Below, piece after piece: positions 1 through 10,361 of a DNA stretch of 64,000 nt. The stretch spans positions 30,896 to 94,895 of the forward strand of contig JBBSQY010000008.1 in assembly GCA_038243585.1 (NCBI GenBank), in the 5' to 3' direction. Position numbers and translations under genes: made by a program. Within the stretch, counting starts at the first letter, position 1, and each line of letters begins with the position of its first letter. The DNA comes from Candidatus Sumerlaeales bacterium. Lineage in GTDB: Bacteria; Sumerlaeota; Sumerlaeia; Sumerlaeales; Sumerlaeaceae. The notes under the pieces were generated by a model that made no database searches, was not told where the DNA came from, and saw only the letters and a program-made list of their open reading frames with translations.

Positions 1-1
1 G

Positions 2-2755
2 TTAACTGCCATCGGGAAGAACTTCGAGTATTTTGATCTAGGGGTTCTCACCGGGGAAGGTCGCGAGGAAAAAGTTTCCCGCCTGCCAATCAGCCTAAAG
101 ATTTTGCTGGAAAATCTGCTCCGCCACGACGACGGCGATGACTATGATAAACGCAGCATCGAAGCGGTGATTGACTGGAAGCCGAAAGCCGCGCCTGAAA
201 ATGAAATTGCTTTTGCTCCGGCCCGCACTCTGCTTCAGGATTTTACCGGAGTACCTTGCGTAGTTGACCTTGCCGCAATGCGCAACGCTGCCGTAGCCAT
301 GGGCATTGACCCAAACAAGATTAACCCTCTGGAAAAAGTAGATCTGGTTATTGATCATAGCGTCCAAGTCGATTATTTTGGCAGCCCGGAAGCTTTAGAA
401 GAGAATTCTCAGCTGGAATATGAGAGAAATCAAGAACGCTACACCTTCCTGCGCTGGGGCGCGGAATCCTTTGATAATTTCAGTGTCGTACCTCCGGATA
501 TGGGTATCGTTCACCAGATCAATCTGGAGTTTCTCGCCAGCGTTATTTTCACCAAAGAAATCGACGGCAAAATGTTCGCCTATCCCGACACTCTTGTCGG
601 CACAGACAGCCACACCCCAATGGTTAATGCCCTGGGCGTGGTTGGATGGGGAGTCGGCGGTATTGAGGCAGAGGCTGCGATGCTGGGTCAGCCGATCTCC
701 ATGCTTATCCCTCAGGTTGTCGGAATGAAACTTACGGGTAAGCTACCCGCCGGCACAACCGCCACTGACTTGGTTTTAACGGTCACACAAATCCTTCGCA
801 AAAAGGGTGTAGTTGGTCGTTTTGTAGAATTTTACGGCGACGGCCTTGCCGAATTGACAGTTGCTGACAGGGCCACTATTTCGAATATGGCTCCGGAGTA
901 CGGCGCGACCATTGGATTTTTTCCAGTGGACTCCAAGACCCTCGATTACCTCCGCTTTACCGGGCGCAATGATGATCAGATCAATCTGGTCGAAGCCTAT
1001 TGTCGCAAGCAGGGAATGTTTCGCGACGCCACATCTCTCGATCCATCGTTTTCAGATACTGTGGAACTTGACTTGTCGACGGTGGAGCCAAGCATCGCCG
1101 GCCCCCGTCGGCCGCAAGACCGCATTTCGCTGAGTAAATCACGTAGAGCGTGGAGACAGAGCCTGGTTGAGCTTCTTGAAATGAGGGAGACACTTCCCGC
1201 AGAAGCAAAAGATTTCTGGCTGAACGACATTAATGCAGTGGAAGGCCTCGGCCGCATCAGCGACACTGCTACTATTGAACAACCGGACAAAACCTTTACC
1301 ATTGGCCACGGCGCAGTGGTTATCGCGGCCATCACCAGTTGCACCAACACAAGCAACCCGAGTGTTCTCATTGCCGCGGGTCTCCTGGCCAAAAAGGCGG
1401 CGGCACGGGGACTGAAGACGAAGCCGTGGGTGAAAACCAGCCTGGCGCCGGGATCTAAAGTTGTTACAGAATACCTGACCGAGGCGGGACTTTTGCCCGA
1501 GCTTGAAAAGTTAGGCTTCCATGTGGTCGGTTATGGCTGCACGACTTGTATCGGCAACTCAGGTCCTTTGCCTGAAGATGTTGCGAAAGCCGTTACCAGG
1601 GCCGACCTTGTGGGCGCCGCCGTATTGTCGGGAAATCGAAACTTTGAAGGCAGAATCAACCCGCTTGTGCGCGCGAATTACCTGGCCTCGCCACCGCTGG
1701 TCGTCGCGTATGCCATTGCGGGAAAAATGGACATTAATTTAACGACCGACTCCCTTGGACTGGATGATTCAGGTCAGCCAGTATTGCTTAGCGAGATATG
1801 GCCAACTACTGAGGAAATTAACGCCGTCATTCAGTCGAGCGTAAAGAGCGAAATGTTTCGTAAAAGCTATGGAGAGGTGTTCCATGGCGACGAAACCTGG
1901 CGTACACTGCCTGTTCCAAAAGGGAATCTTTTCCAGTGGGATGACGCCAGCACCTACATTAAAGAGCCACCATTTTTTGAAGGTCTATCGGAAACCACCA
2001 CCGAACCACTCAACATCACCGGTGCCCGGGCTTTGGCAGTTCTTGGAGACTCAGTCACCACCGATCACATCTCTCCGGCTGGCAGCATAGCCCAGGGTAG
2101 CCCGGCGGGTATTTATCTGATGGAACGCGGCGTGGAGCCAAAGGATTTCAATAGCTATGGCTCGCGGCGCGGCAATCATGAAGTCATGATGCGTGGCACC
2201 TTCGCCAATATCCGGTTGCGCAACCTGCTGGCCCCCGGCACTGAGGGTGGCGTAACACTGCACCAGCCAAGCCAGGACCAGATGAGCATCTATGACGCAG
2301 CTATGAGATATGTTGCCGACGAGACACCGAGCATAATTCTCGCCGGTAAGGAATACGGCAGCGGATCAAGCCGCGACTGGGCAGCCAAAGGCCCGGCTCT
2401 ACAGGGTGTGCGCGCTGTGATAGCCGAGAGTTATGAACGCATCCATCGCAGCAACCTCGTGGGAATGGGCGTACTCCCGCTTCAGTTCAGCGACGGAGAA
2501 AGCCGCAACACCCTTGAATTATCCGGTCACGAGGTATATGACATCACCGGAATTGAAAGCGGCATTAAGCCTGGTATGACACTGAAAGTCACAGCGACTT
2601 CTTCAGATGGCAATGTGAAGGAATTCCGCGTCTTGGCGCGTATTGACACTCCGAATGAAGTCGAGTACTATCGCAATGGCGGCATTCTGCAGTATGTATT
2701 ACGTCAGCTTGCGATCAATGCTCGCAAAGAGCAGAAGGTCCAAACGACAGCGTAA
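2..2755 (+). CDS. acnA: Aconitate hydratase AcnA (5'-partial; frame open from window start)
   Basis: Motifs [64 protein letters not shown]. Frame continues upstream of 104 (..[12 protein letters not shown]). Confidence 0.97.
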   Translation, partial: LTAIGKNFEYFDLGVLTGEGREEKVSRLPISLKILLENLLRHDDGDDYDKRSIEAVIDWKPKAAPENEIAFAPARTLLQDFTGVPCVVDLAAMRNAAVAMGIDPNKINPLEKVDLVIDHSVQVDYFGSPEALEENSQLEYERNQERYTFLRWGAESFDNFSVVPPDMGIVHQINLEFLASVIFTKEIDGKMFAYPDTLVGTDSHTPMVNALGVVGWGVGGIEAEAAMLGQPISMLIPQVVGMKLTGKLPAGTTATDLVLTVTQILRKKGVVGRFVEFYGDGLAELTVADRATISNMAPEYGATIGFFPVDSKTLDYLRFTGRNDDQINLVEAYCRKQGMFRDATSLDPSFSDTVELDLSTVEPSIAGPRRPQDRISLSKSRRAWRQSLVELLEMRETLPAEAKDFWLNDINAVEGLGRISDTATIEQPDKTFTIGHGAVVIAAITSCTNTSNPSVLIAAGLLAKKAAARGLKTKPWVKTSLAPGSKVVTEYLTEAGLLPELEKLGFHVVGYGCTTCIGNSGPLPEDVAKAVTRADLVGAAVLSGNRNFEGRINPLVRANYLASPPLVVAYAIAGKMDINLTTDSLGLDDSGQPVLLSEIWPTTEEINAVIQSSVKSEMFRKSYGEVFHGDETWRTLPVPKGNLFQWDDASTYIKEPPFFEGLSETTTEPLNITGARALAVLGDSVTTDHISPAGSIAQGSPAGIYLMERGVEPKDFNSYGSRRGNHEVMMRGTFANIRLRNLLAPGTEGGVTLHQPSQDQMSIYDAAMRYVADETPSIILAGKEYGSGSSRDWAAKGPALQGVRAVIAESYERIHRSNLVGMGVLPLQFSDGESRNTLELSGHEVYDITGIESGIKPGMTLKVTATSSDGNVKEFRVLARIDTPNEVEYYRNGGILQYVLRQLAINARKEQKVQTTA

Positions 2756-2793
2756 AACGAATGCTGTAGCTTTTTGTGGGCACGTTAATAATA

Positions 2794-2827
2794 TGCGGGC
2801 CGGGTTTTAATTTCTTCCCGGCCCGCA
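2794..2827. terminator. GC-rich hairpin downstream of acnA
   Basis: tgcgggccggg...cccggcccgca inverted repeat; no clear U-tract on +. Confidence 0.4.
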
Positions 2828-2858
2828 AACGCGCCGTGCCGAGGGCGGATGAAAGGCA

Positions 2859-4847
2859 GTGCCGATGTTGAAACTCCGAAATTCTGTCGCAGTATATATC
2901 GCAGGCATTCTTGCCGTCTGTACACCAGTCTGCGCCCAACTGGAGATTCCCGTGGAAAACCTTCCCGCCGTACGCGCTCCAGAACTGCAGCCGAATCTGG
3001 GCTGGCTGAACACGGACCGCCCCCTTCGCTTCAGCCATGAACTCAAAGGGCAGGTAGTACTTCTCGATTTTTGGACCTACTGCTGCATCAACTGCATCCA
3101 TATTCTGCCGGATCTCGAATTCCTGGAGGAAAAATACGCGGATCAACCCTTTGCGGTTATTGGCGTCCATTCAGCCAAGTTTGAAAACGAGGCGAACCGC
3201 GAAACTATTCGAGCCGCTACCCAGCGCTACAAGATTAAGCACCCAGTTGTTATAGACGATGATATGGGTATCTGGAGCCGCTACACGGCCAAGGGTTGGC
3301 CCACATTTGTGCTGGTCGATTCAACCGGGCGGGTGGTCGGAATGACCAGCGGCGAGGGCCATCGGGATGAACTGGATGCGGCCATTGAGCGTCTACTGTC
3401 TGAGGGCCGGGCCAAAGACACCCTGGCTAGCGCTCCCCTGAAAATCAACTCCACCGGCTTCCTTGCCCCGACCGGCGTCCTTGCCTTTCCCGGCAAGGTG
3501 CTTGCCGATGCGGAATCCAATCGCCTTTTTATCGCGGACAGTAATCATAATAGATTAGTCGTAACCACGCTGCCGGATTCCTCTGGCCACTCCCAGCTGG
3601 TCTCAGTCATCGGCGGCGGAAAAGAGGGCAAAGCCGACGGAACATTTACCGACGCGTCCTTTCAGAATCCCCAGGGCATGGCCCTTCGCGGCGACCTGCT
3701 TTATATTGCTGACACCGACAATCATCTTATCCGCGAGGCTAATCTGGAAACCAGCACTGTTCGTACTATTGCCGGAACAGGCTCGCAGGGCTATGACCGC
3801 AGAGGCGGCGCTAAAGGGGCAGCGCAACCCCTGAGCAGCCCATGGGCGCTGGAACTTGTGGGCAACAATCAATTGTTCATCGGCATGGCGGGCATTCATC
3901 AGATTTGGGTGATGGATCTGGATTCTGAAATTATAAAAAACTTTTCCGGCAACGGGGCCGAAAATATTGTCGACGGCAGCGCCGAAGAAGCCAATTTCGC
4001 GCAGCCAAGCGGCCTGGCTTATTTGAACGAAAAACTTTACGTGGCCGACAGCGAAGTTAGCGGTATTCGCGAAGTGGACCCAAAAACCGGCGCGGTGGGT
4101 ACCGTCGTCGGAAGCGGACTTTTTATATTTGGTGATGTAGATGGTCAGGGTGAGGATGTTCGTCTTCAACATGCTTTAGGCATAACCGCGTGGAACGACA
4201 ACCTGTTGATCGCCGACACGTACAATCATAGAATCAAGCGGATTGATCCGTCTTCCCGGCAGGTTACCACGCTTTTTGGAACCGGGAAAACCGGGACAAA
4301 AAGCACCGACGGCAAACCTGCTTTCTTTGAGCCGGGAGGCTTGGATATCGCTGGCGACTGGCTCTTTGTGGCTGACACTAACAACCACCGCATTGTCGCA
4401 GTAGACCTAATAACCGGCGCGTGGAACGAAGTTATGATCTCGGGTCTGTCGGCGCCGAAAGCGGCGGCAAGACCCGTAGACGCCGTGGACGCGTCAAAAG
4501 TTATAATCTCCGACAAAGCGCCCACTGTCACGCTGACCCTGGATGCGGAACTTCCGACCAACGCGCATCCTTCGGCAGAAGCACCGATGCAAATTCGCGT
4601 GCTGAACGGTGAAGAAATACTGGCGCAGCAGACTTTAAAAACGGATCGCCTGCCGGTAAGCGTGGACCTTGATAGCGCCAGCATCCCAACTTCTGGCACC
4701 TTAACCATCCGCTGGAGCTTCGCTTGGTGTACGGAAGGTAACGCGTCAGTGTGCGTGCCTCAGCGTCACAACTGGTCTCTGCCGATAGAAAAGACAGCAG
4801 GGGTTGCGGGAGCCATCATTGAACTTAAAGGCAAAGCGAAGAAGTAG
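2859..4847 (+). CDS. Secreted thioredoxin-like domain + NHL-repeat beta-propeller protein (NHLRC2/SOQ1-like)
   Basis: Signal peptide, LDFWTYCCINC Trx-like motif, GVHSAKF, repeated LYIAD(T/S)xNHRI NHL blades. Confidence 0.9.
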   Translation: MPMLKLRNSVAVYIAGILAVCTPVCAQLEIPVENLPAVRAPELQPNLGWLNTDRPLRFSHELKGQVVLLDFWTYCCINCIHILPDLEFLEEKYADQPFAVIGVHSAKFENEANRETIRAATQRYKIKHPVVIDDDMGIWSRYTAKGWPTFVLVDSTGRVVGMTSGEGHRDELDAAIERLLSEGRAKDTLASAPLKINSTGFLAPTGVLAFPGKVLADAESNRLFIADSNHNRLVVTTLPDSSGHSQLVSVIGGGKEGKADGTFTDASFQNPQGMALRGDLLYIADTDNHLIREANLETSTVRTIAGTGSQGYDRRGGAKGAAQPLSSPWALELVGNNQLFIGMAGIHQIWVMDLDSEIIKNFSGNGAENIVDGSAEEANFAQPSGLAYLNEKLYVADSEVSGIREVDPKTGAVGTVVGSGLFIFGDVDGQGEDVRLQHALGITAWNDNLLIADTYNHRIKRIDPSSRQVTTLFGTGKTGTKSTDGKPAFFEPGGLDIAGDWLFVADTNNHRIVAVDLITGAWNEVMISGLSAPKAAARPVDAVDASKVIISDKAPTVTLTLDAELPTNAHPSAEAPMQIRVLNGEEILAQQTLKTDRLPVSVDLDSASIPTSGTLTIRWSFAWCTEGNASVCVPQRHNWSLPIEKTAGVAGAIIELKGKAKK

Positions 4848-4890
4848 CATAAACGTACCGACTGTGCCGGACAGATTAAACATATTTCTG

Positions 4891-5304
4891 TTACGGAATA
4901 ATAGCGTCTAGTTCAATTTCGATAAGCGCTTCATCATCAATCAAACGCGCGACTTCTACGATGGTCGTGGCGGGTCTGATGTCGGCGAACAGGTCCCCGT
5001 GTGCCTTCGCAACTTCCTGCCATTGAGAAATATCTGTCACATACATGCGCGTTCGAACGACGTGAGTTAGTCGAGATCCGAGCGCTTCCAGTGCAGCCTG
5101 GATGATTTCGAGCGACCGCTTTGCCTGGACCGCCATATCCGGCGAATATGACCCATCTGCATTAGCCCCCACAGTTCCAGTGACCATTATATGGTTGCCT
5201 GCTCTGATAGCTCGAGAATATCCCAATTTAGGTTCCCAGGCAGATCCTGTCGATACGCAAGTGCGTCCGTTGCGCTCCTGAAGAGTGGTTTTAACATCTG
5301 TCAT
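4891..5304 (-). CDS. RidA/YjgF family protein
   Basis: GYSRAIR, VVRTRMYVTD, F.DIRPATT.VEV.L, IEIE motifs. Confidence 0.9.
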   Translation of the reverse strand: MTDVKTTLQERNGRTCVSTGSAWEPKLGYSRAIRAGNHIMVTGTVGANADGSYSPDMAVQAKRSLEIIQAALEALGSRLTHVVRTRMYVTDISQWQEVAKAHGDLFADIRPATTIVEVARLIDDEALIEIELDAIIP

Positions 5305-5355
5305 CGTTGTGCCCCTTTTAATAATATTATGTTACCTCGACGCAAAAAAACGTTT

Positions 5356-6975
5356 CTAGTCTAGCTTGGGAGTCTCCCAGCGCGACTTACGGGCGACATC
5401 TTTGTGTCGTCCCACAATAATCACCAGCACGACCGATCCAGCCCAGATACAGTAGGTTAATATACCTAAGTTGCGGCGAAGAGTGTAATTGGTTAATTCG
5501 TAAAGCTGAATCACGCACTCAAGGCACAGCCATAGGAGTAGGATCCAGGCAAGTGGGTAATCTCCGCGCATGGCACTCCACCAAGCTTTCGCAAGACCTC
5601 CTATCCGCAACACCGTAAACAGAAAGAGCAGTGCAAACCCAGGCCATCCAGTCTCGGCAGCGGTTTCCAGCCAGATGTTGTGGGCGTGAACAGCTCCGGC
5701 GAAATAGTCTGGCACAGTAGGGTGATCGATCTGAGCGGCACTTTCGAAATTTTCGAACCCATATCCAAATCCGAGGACTGGACGGCTCGTGATCATTTTA
5801 AAGGTCGTATCCCATATAAGCAGCCGCGCTCCGATGCTTCCCTCCGCATTTTCGTGATAATTTGCAGGGTTTGTAATTTTCAATATGTGCCCCTGATAAG
5901 AGCTGGGCAGCATGACCCACGATAACGGCAAGACCACCACCGCTCCAATTAATAGCGCCAGTCGTCCGCGGCGGTAGCGCATAAGCCCGGCCGCAGCGAA
6001 CAGCGCCATACCGATCCCGGCCGCAACTAAAGCGCCCCGGGTGAGCGTAAAAGGTAGTGCCAGGGCAGCCGCCGCCGCCCCGCTGATGCCGGCAATCCGT
6101 CGTACCGTGCCACCCCACGCCCCGGCCAGACAAAGGAATATGGCGCAGGCCGCAAAAAATCCGGCCCGGTTGTGATGATGAAAAAGAAACTGAAGCCGCG
6201 GAGTATCGGGCGCGTGGCTGTCAATGCGGAAATAGCCCTGCTGCACCAGGCTGTTCGTCAGTCCCGGAGAAGTGAGCGCGACTACAGCGATCAACCCCAT
6301 GCCAATGCAGACGGCCACAAGCAGGATCCAAACGCCACGAGCGCCCATACGCCACCATGACGTTTCGGCACAGAAAGCCGAACGTACTAAAATGATGAAC
6401 AGCCCCACGTAAGGCAGGATTTCCGCACCAAGCAGTTCCATGCTCTGCTTTGGAAACATGGATGCTCCGGCGCTTATGGTTGCTTGAAGCGCTAAGAGGA
6501 TAAGCACTGCAACCAGCATGGCCGGCCATGGTCTTAGTTCTCCACAAGTGTCAATTCCGTGCCCGTCTCGGCGAAGAGAAGGAATTAAGACCGGCGCCGC
6601 CAGCCATAAAACGACAAACCAAACGATCGCTATCTGATATTTTACAAACGCATGGACCGCCGCGGGAAAGTCTCCGGCAAACCACGCGGCCAATCCTGCC
6701 GCCGCCAGCGTCGTGACCCAGGCCCCGAGAACGGGCAGAAGCCGGCGCCGGCGCGGCCCCTGGCCGTCCGAAACGGCAGCTATTAACAGCGTGATCCAGC
6801 TCAGCGCCTTCAGCAACTTATCGGCGTCCCGGTCGAACACCAGGCACACAAACATCAAAGTAAAAGCTACTGAGAGGCATCGCCCTGCCCATAGACTCCA
6901 TGGACAGCCGCGTTCCGAAATTGTTGTAATCGTGTTCACCAGAAGCAACAACGCGCCTGAGAACAGGCGTGTCAA
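5356..6975 (-). CDS. O-antigen ligase (Wzy_C) family membrane protein
   Basis: Many TM segments; TLTRGA, S...RLLIW, RPVLGFGYG and HAHNIWLETAAETGWPG motifs. Confidence 0.85.
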   Translation of the reverse strand: MTRLFSGALLLLVNTITTISERGCPWSLWAGRCLSVAFTLMFVCLVFDRDADKLLKALSWITLLIAAVSDGQGPRRRRLLPVLGAWVTTLAAAGLAAWFAGDFPAAVHAFVKYQIAIVWFVVLWLAAPVLIPSLRRDGHGIDTCGELRPWPAMLVAVLILLALQATISAGASMFPKQSMELLGAEILPYVGLFIILVRSAFCAETSWWRMGARGVWILLVAVCIGMGLIAVVALTSPGLTNSLVQQGYFRIDSHAPDTPRLQFLFHHHNRAGFFAACAIFLCLAGAWGGTVRRIAGISGAAAAALALPFTLTRGALVAAGIGMALFAAAGLMRYRRGRLALLIGAVVVLPLSWVMLPSSYQGHILKITNPANYHENAEGSIGARLLIWDTTFKMITSRPVLGFGYGFENFESAAQIDHPTVPDYFAGAVHAHNIWLETAAETGWPGFALLFLFTVLRIGGLAKAWWSAMRGDYPLAWILLLWLCLECVIQLYELTNYTLRRNLGILTYCIWAGSVVLVIIVGRHKDVARKSRWETPKLD

Positions 6976-7070
6976 GGGGCGCAGCTTAAAAAAGCAAGCG
7001 CCCCTCGACGCACCGTAAATTCAGCATTGCTTGAAAGCAACGCTTACACCTTGCAAGCCTGCGACGGGGT

Positions 7071-9089
7071 CTACCGGATAGCTTCCGCCATCAGTTCTGC
7101 GACTTTCTTGCTAAATGCGCCGGGATCGTCCAATTTGCCGCCCTCCGCCAGCACTGACTGGCCGTATAGGAGCTCGGCATAATTGCCAAGGCGCGGGTCG
7201 TCGGGATTCGCCGCAAAAATACCCTGTAACTTTTCCATCAGCGGGTGGCTGGGGTTCAGTTCGAGAATGCGCTTTTGTGTCGGCACGTCCTGGCCCATTG
7301 ATCGCATCAGCTCCATAAGCTGCGGACTCATGTCGCTTGTGTCGCCCACCAGGCAGGCGGGACTGCTGGTCAGCCGGTTGCTCAGGCGTACTTCTTTCAC
7401 CTGATTGCTCAGCTTCCCTTTCATGGCGTCCATTAGGCTGGAATAGCTTTCCTGCTTGTCCTTCAGGTCTTCCTGCTCCTGCTTGCGTTCTTCTTCGGTG
7501 CCCAGCATGGCCGCACCCTTCGCGGCGCTTTGCAGGCGTTTTCCCTCGTATTCATGCACGTACTGTGTCCAGACCTCGTCCACCGGATCAGTCAGGATCA
7601 GCACTTCAATACCCTTGTTTTTGAACGCCTCCAGATGTGGCGACGACTCTACCGCCTCCGATGTCGGTCCCGTCAGGAAGTAGATGACGTCCTGCTCCGG
7701 CTTCATGCGGCTTACGTATTCGCCCATGGTTGTCGCGTCACGCTTTTCTTCGCCCGCTACGCTGGCGAATTCGCAAATGTCAAACAGCGTGGCGCGATTG
7801 CCATCGTCTTGAAACAGCCCCTCGCGCAGCACCCGGCTAAACTCTTTGCGAACAACCGTCCACTTTTCCGGGTCGCCGGAGCGCATGGATTTCAGCGTAT
7901 CGAGAATCTTCTTTACCAGCGCCTTGCGGATGATCGGGATCTGGCGATCCTTTTGCAGAATCTCACGCGATACGTTTAGCGACAGGTCTTCACTGTCGAC
8001 CACGCCCTTAATAAACCGCAGGTATTCCGGGATCAGGTCTTTCGCGTCGCTCATGATAAATACGCGGCGGATGTAAAGATGAAGGCCGGGCTCAAGCTCC
8101 CGGGAGAACAGGTTCGATGGCGCCTTGCTTGGGATATACAGCAGCGCGCGGAACTCGCTCGTGCCTTCGGCGCGCACGCTGATCCGAGTCAGTGGCTCGT
8201 TCCAGTCGTGACTGATGTGCTTGTAGAATTCGTTATACTCTTCGTCGGTTACGTCTTTCTCAGGACGCGTCCAGATGGCTTTCATGGAGTTCAGCGTAAT
8301 GTCTTCCACGACCGTCTTGGGCTCGGCGCCCTCGATCGCTTTGCCTTCGGCGTCGCGTTCGATTTCCGTCCGTTCGGTGCTCATGCGGATTGGATAAGCC
8401 ACGAAGTCCGAGTAGCGCTTCACGATATCCTTCACTGCCCACTCGTCCGTGTAATCGTGCAATCCATTTTCTTCGTCGGCCGGCTTCAGGTGAAGTGTCA
8501 CCGAAGTTCCCGGCGTCGCCCGCGTTCCCTCGCCCAAGGTGTATTGGCCGTCACCGATGCTTTCCCAGGTGGTCGCCTTGTCTTCACCAGCGCGCCGAGT
8601 GACCAGGCTGAGCTTATCTGCGGCCATAAACGCGGAGTAGAATCCAATACCAAACTGGCCGATCAGTTCCGCTGGCACTTCTTTGCCCGTTGCCCGCGCT
8701 TCTTTTACGATTTGAGCAAACTCTTTGGTGCCGGATTTGGCGATCGTGCCGATGAACCGAATGACTTCGTCGCGGCTCATGCCCACGCCGTTGTCGCTCA
8801 CAGTAAGGGTGCGGGCGTCGGAGTCAGTGGTCAGGCGGATTTCAGGATTGGAAGCGTATTGATTAAATTCGCTGTTTGTCAGCGCCTCATAGCGCAACTT
8901 GTCGATGGCGTCGCTGGAGTTGGAGATCAGCTCGCGCAGAAAGATGTCTTTGTGAGAATAGACGGAGTGAATCATCAGGTCGAGAAGCTGACGCGCCTCG
9001 GTCTGAAACTCAAATGTCTCGGTGGCACCGCTTTGAGTTGATAGATTATCTGTTGCAGAGTTATCGGTTGCTGCGTCTGGCGTTGTCAT
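7071..9089 (-). CDS. htpG: Molecular chaperone HtpG (Hsp90)
   Basis: YSHKDIFLRELISNSSDA, DNGVGM, IGQFGIGFYSAF, DSEDLSLNVSRE, LELNPSH. Confidence 0.98.
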   Translation of the reverse strand: MTTPDAATDNSATDNLSTQSGATETFEFQTEARQLLDLMIHSVYSHKDIFLRELISNSSDAIDKLRYEALTNSEFNQYASNPEIRLTTDSDARTLTVSDNGVGMSRDEVIRFIGTIAKSGTKEFAQIVKEARATGKEVPAELIGQFGIGFYSAFMAADKLSLVTRRAGEDKATTWESIGDGQYTLGEGTRATPGTSVTLHLKPADEENGLHDYTDEWAVKDIVKRYSDFVAYPIRMSTERTEIERDAEGKAIEGAEPKTVVEDITLNSMKAIWTRPEKDVTDEEYNEFYKHISHDWNEPLTRISVRAEGTSEFRALLYIPSKAPSNLFSRELEPGLHLYIRRVFIMSDAKDLIPEYLRFIKGVVDSEDLSLNVSREILQKDRQIPIIRKALVKKILDTLKSMRSGDPEKWTVVRKEFSRVLREGLFQDDGNRATLFDICEFASVAGEEKRDATTMGEYVSRMKPEQDVIYFLTGPTSEAVESSPHLEAFKNKGIEVLILTDPVDEVWTQYVHEYEGKRLQSAAKGAAMLGTEEERKQEQEDLKDKQESYSSLMDAMKGKLSNQVKEVRLSNRLTSSPACLVGDTSDMSPQLMELMRSMGQDVPTQKRILELNPSHPLMEKLQGIFAANPDDPRLGNYAELLYGQSVLAEGGKLDDPGAFSKKVAELMAEAIR

Positions 9090-9259
9090 TTTGTTGCTCC
9101 GTTGTGGGTGTGTAGATAGAGTTGATTCTGTATTGCACGTCTAACCGATGATTGTTCCAAATCTTCAACGCAGCGCCGAGTTGCACTCGAGCGTTCCCCG
9201 CCGCGGCCTGAATTATGCTTCATATCTGCCTGACTTCTATATCCACTCGGAGACTTGCC

Positions 9260-10276
9260 ATGATACCAGCTTCAACTATGCGAAATAAGAATGCCCGGCG
9301 CGAGCGCATTGGCCGGATTCCCCGCGAATCAACCCAGGTGGCGCCAGACGTTTTTCGCGTTCGATTGTCTATAGTAAACGCCTATATTGTAGGCCGCCCC
9401 GGCGCGCGGTCCGGCCATTGGGTGCTTGTTGATGCGGGGTTACCCACATCAGCGGATAAGATATTTCGGGCGGCGGCGGAGCTTTTCGGTGCCAATTCGC
9501 GTCCCGCGGCCATTATTTTGACCCATGGCCATTTCGACCACAGCGGTGCCGCGGAAGAACTGGCGGAAGCATGGGATGTCCCGGTGTATGCCCACCGCCT
9601 TGAGATGCCCTATCTGGATGGCGGATCCGAATATCCGCCGCCGGATCCTTCCGTTGGTGGAGGAGCCCTTGCACTGATTTCACCCCTAATGCCGCGCGGT
9701 CCAATTAACCTGGGTCCGCGGCTGCATCTTCTGCCCGCCAATAAATCCGTGCCTGGCATGAGAGGCTGGCGCTGGATTCATACGCCGGGGCACACGCCGG
9801 GCCATGTCTCTTTTTATCGCGCCGCCGACGCGACGTTAATCGCCGGGGATGCCTTTATAACGACCCGACAGGCATCGCTGTTTTCCGCTGTTTTGCAACC
9901 CCAGGAGATGAATGGCCCACCCCAGTATTTTACGCCGAACTGGGAGCTGGCCTACGCGTCTGTGGTGGAGTTGAACCGATTGTACATCCAAGTCGCGGCA
10001 ACGGGACACGGCAAGCCTATGCGCGGCGTGCATCTGCGCCGGGGACTGGATCGGTTGGCGGCCCATTTTTACGAACTGGCGGTTCCACACACTGGGAGGT
10101 ACGTCGATCAGCCTGCCATTTCGGACGGCGGCGGGGTGGTGGATGTTCCACCGCGGGTGGTCAATTATGAGCACGTCGCCATCGGAATAGTGGTCGCCGG
10201 TGTGGCAACGGCTATTTTAACTTCCGGTTTTTGGAAAAAGAAAGGGAAGTATTATCGAGACGGAGAGGGCATTTAA
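9260..10276 (+). CDS. MBL-fold metallo-hydrolase with C-terminal TM anchor
   Basis: LVDAG, THGHFDH, HTPGHTPGH, AGDA, TGHG. Start at 9260 has GGAG RBS; ORF track starts at 9215. Confidence 0.88.
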   Translation: MIPASTMRNKNARRERIGRIPRESTQVAPDVFRVRLSIVNAYIVGRPGARSGHWVLVDAGLPTSADKIFRAAAELFGANSRPAAIILTHGHFDHSGAAEELAEAWDVPVYAHRLEMPYLDGGSEYPPPDPSVGGGALALISPLMPRGPINLGPRLHLLPANKSVPGMRGWRWIHTPGHTPGHVSFYRAADATLIAGDAFITTRQASLFSAVLQPQEMNGPPQYFTPNWELAYASVVELNRLYIQVAATGHGKPMRGVHLRRGLDRLAAHFYELAVPHTGRYVDQPAISDGGGVVDVPPRVVNYEHVAIGIVVAGVATAILTSGFWKKKGKYYRDGEGI

Positions 10277-10308
10277 GCCGTCGTCTCCGCTGGTCGCAAT
10301 ATCAAGGA

Positions 10309-10340
10309 GTTGCGGACACCGAAGATTGAATGTCCGCAAC
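10309..10340. terminator. Inverted repeat between convergent genes
   Basis: gttgcggaca...tgtccgcaac, a 10-bp perfect stem. Confidence 0.55.
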
Positions 10341-10361
10341 CCATCCAGACTTCATGTCGTA

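Noticed and set aside
8079..9041. 320-aa + strand ORF antisense to htpG
   Set aside because: Shadow ORF from codon bias of a conserved gene; no motifs.
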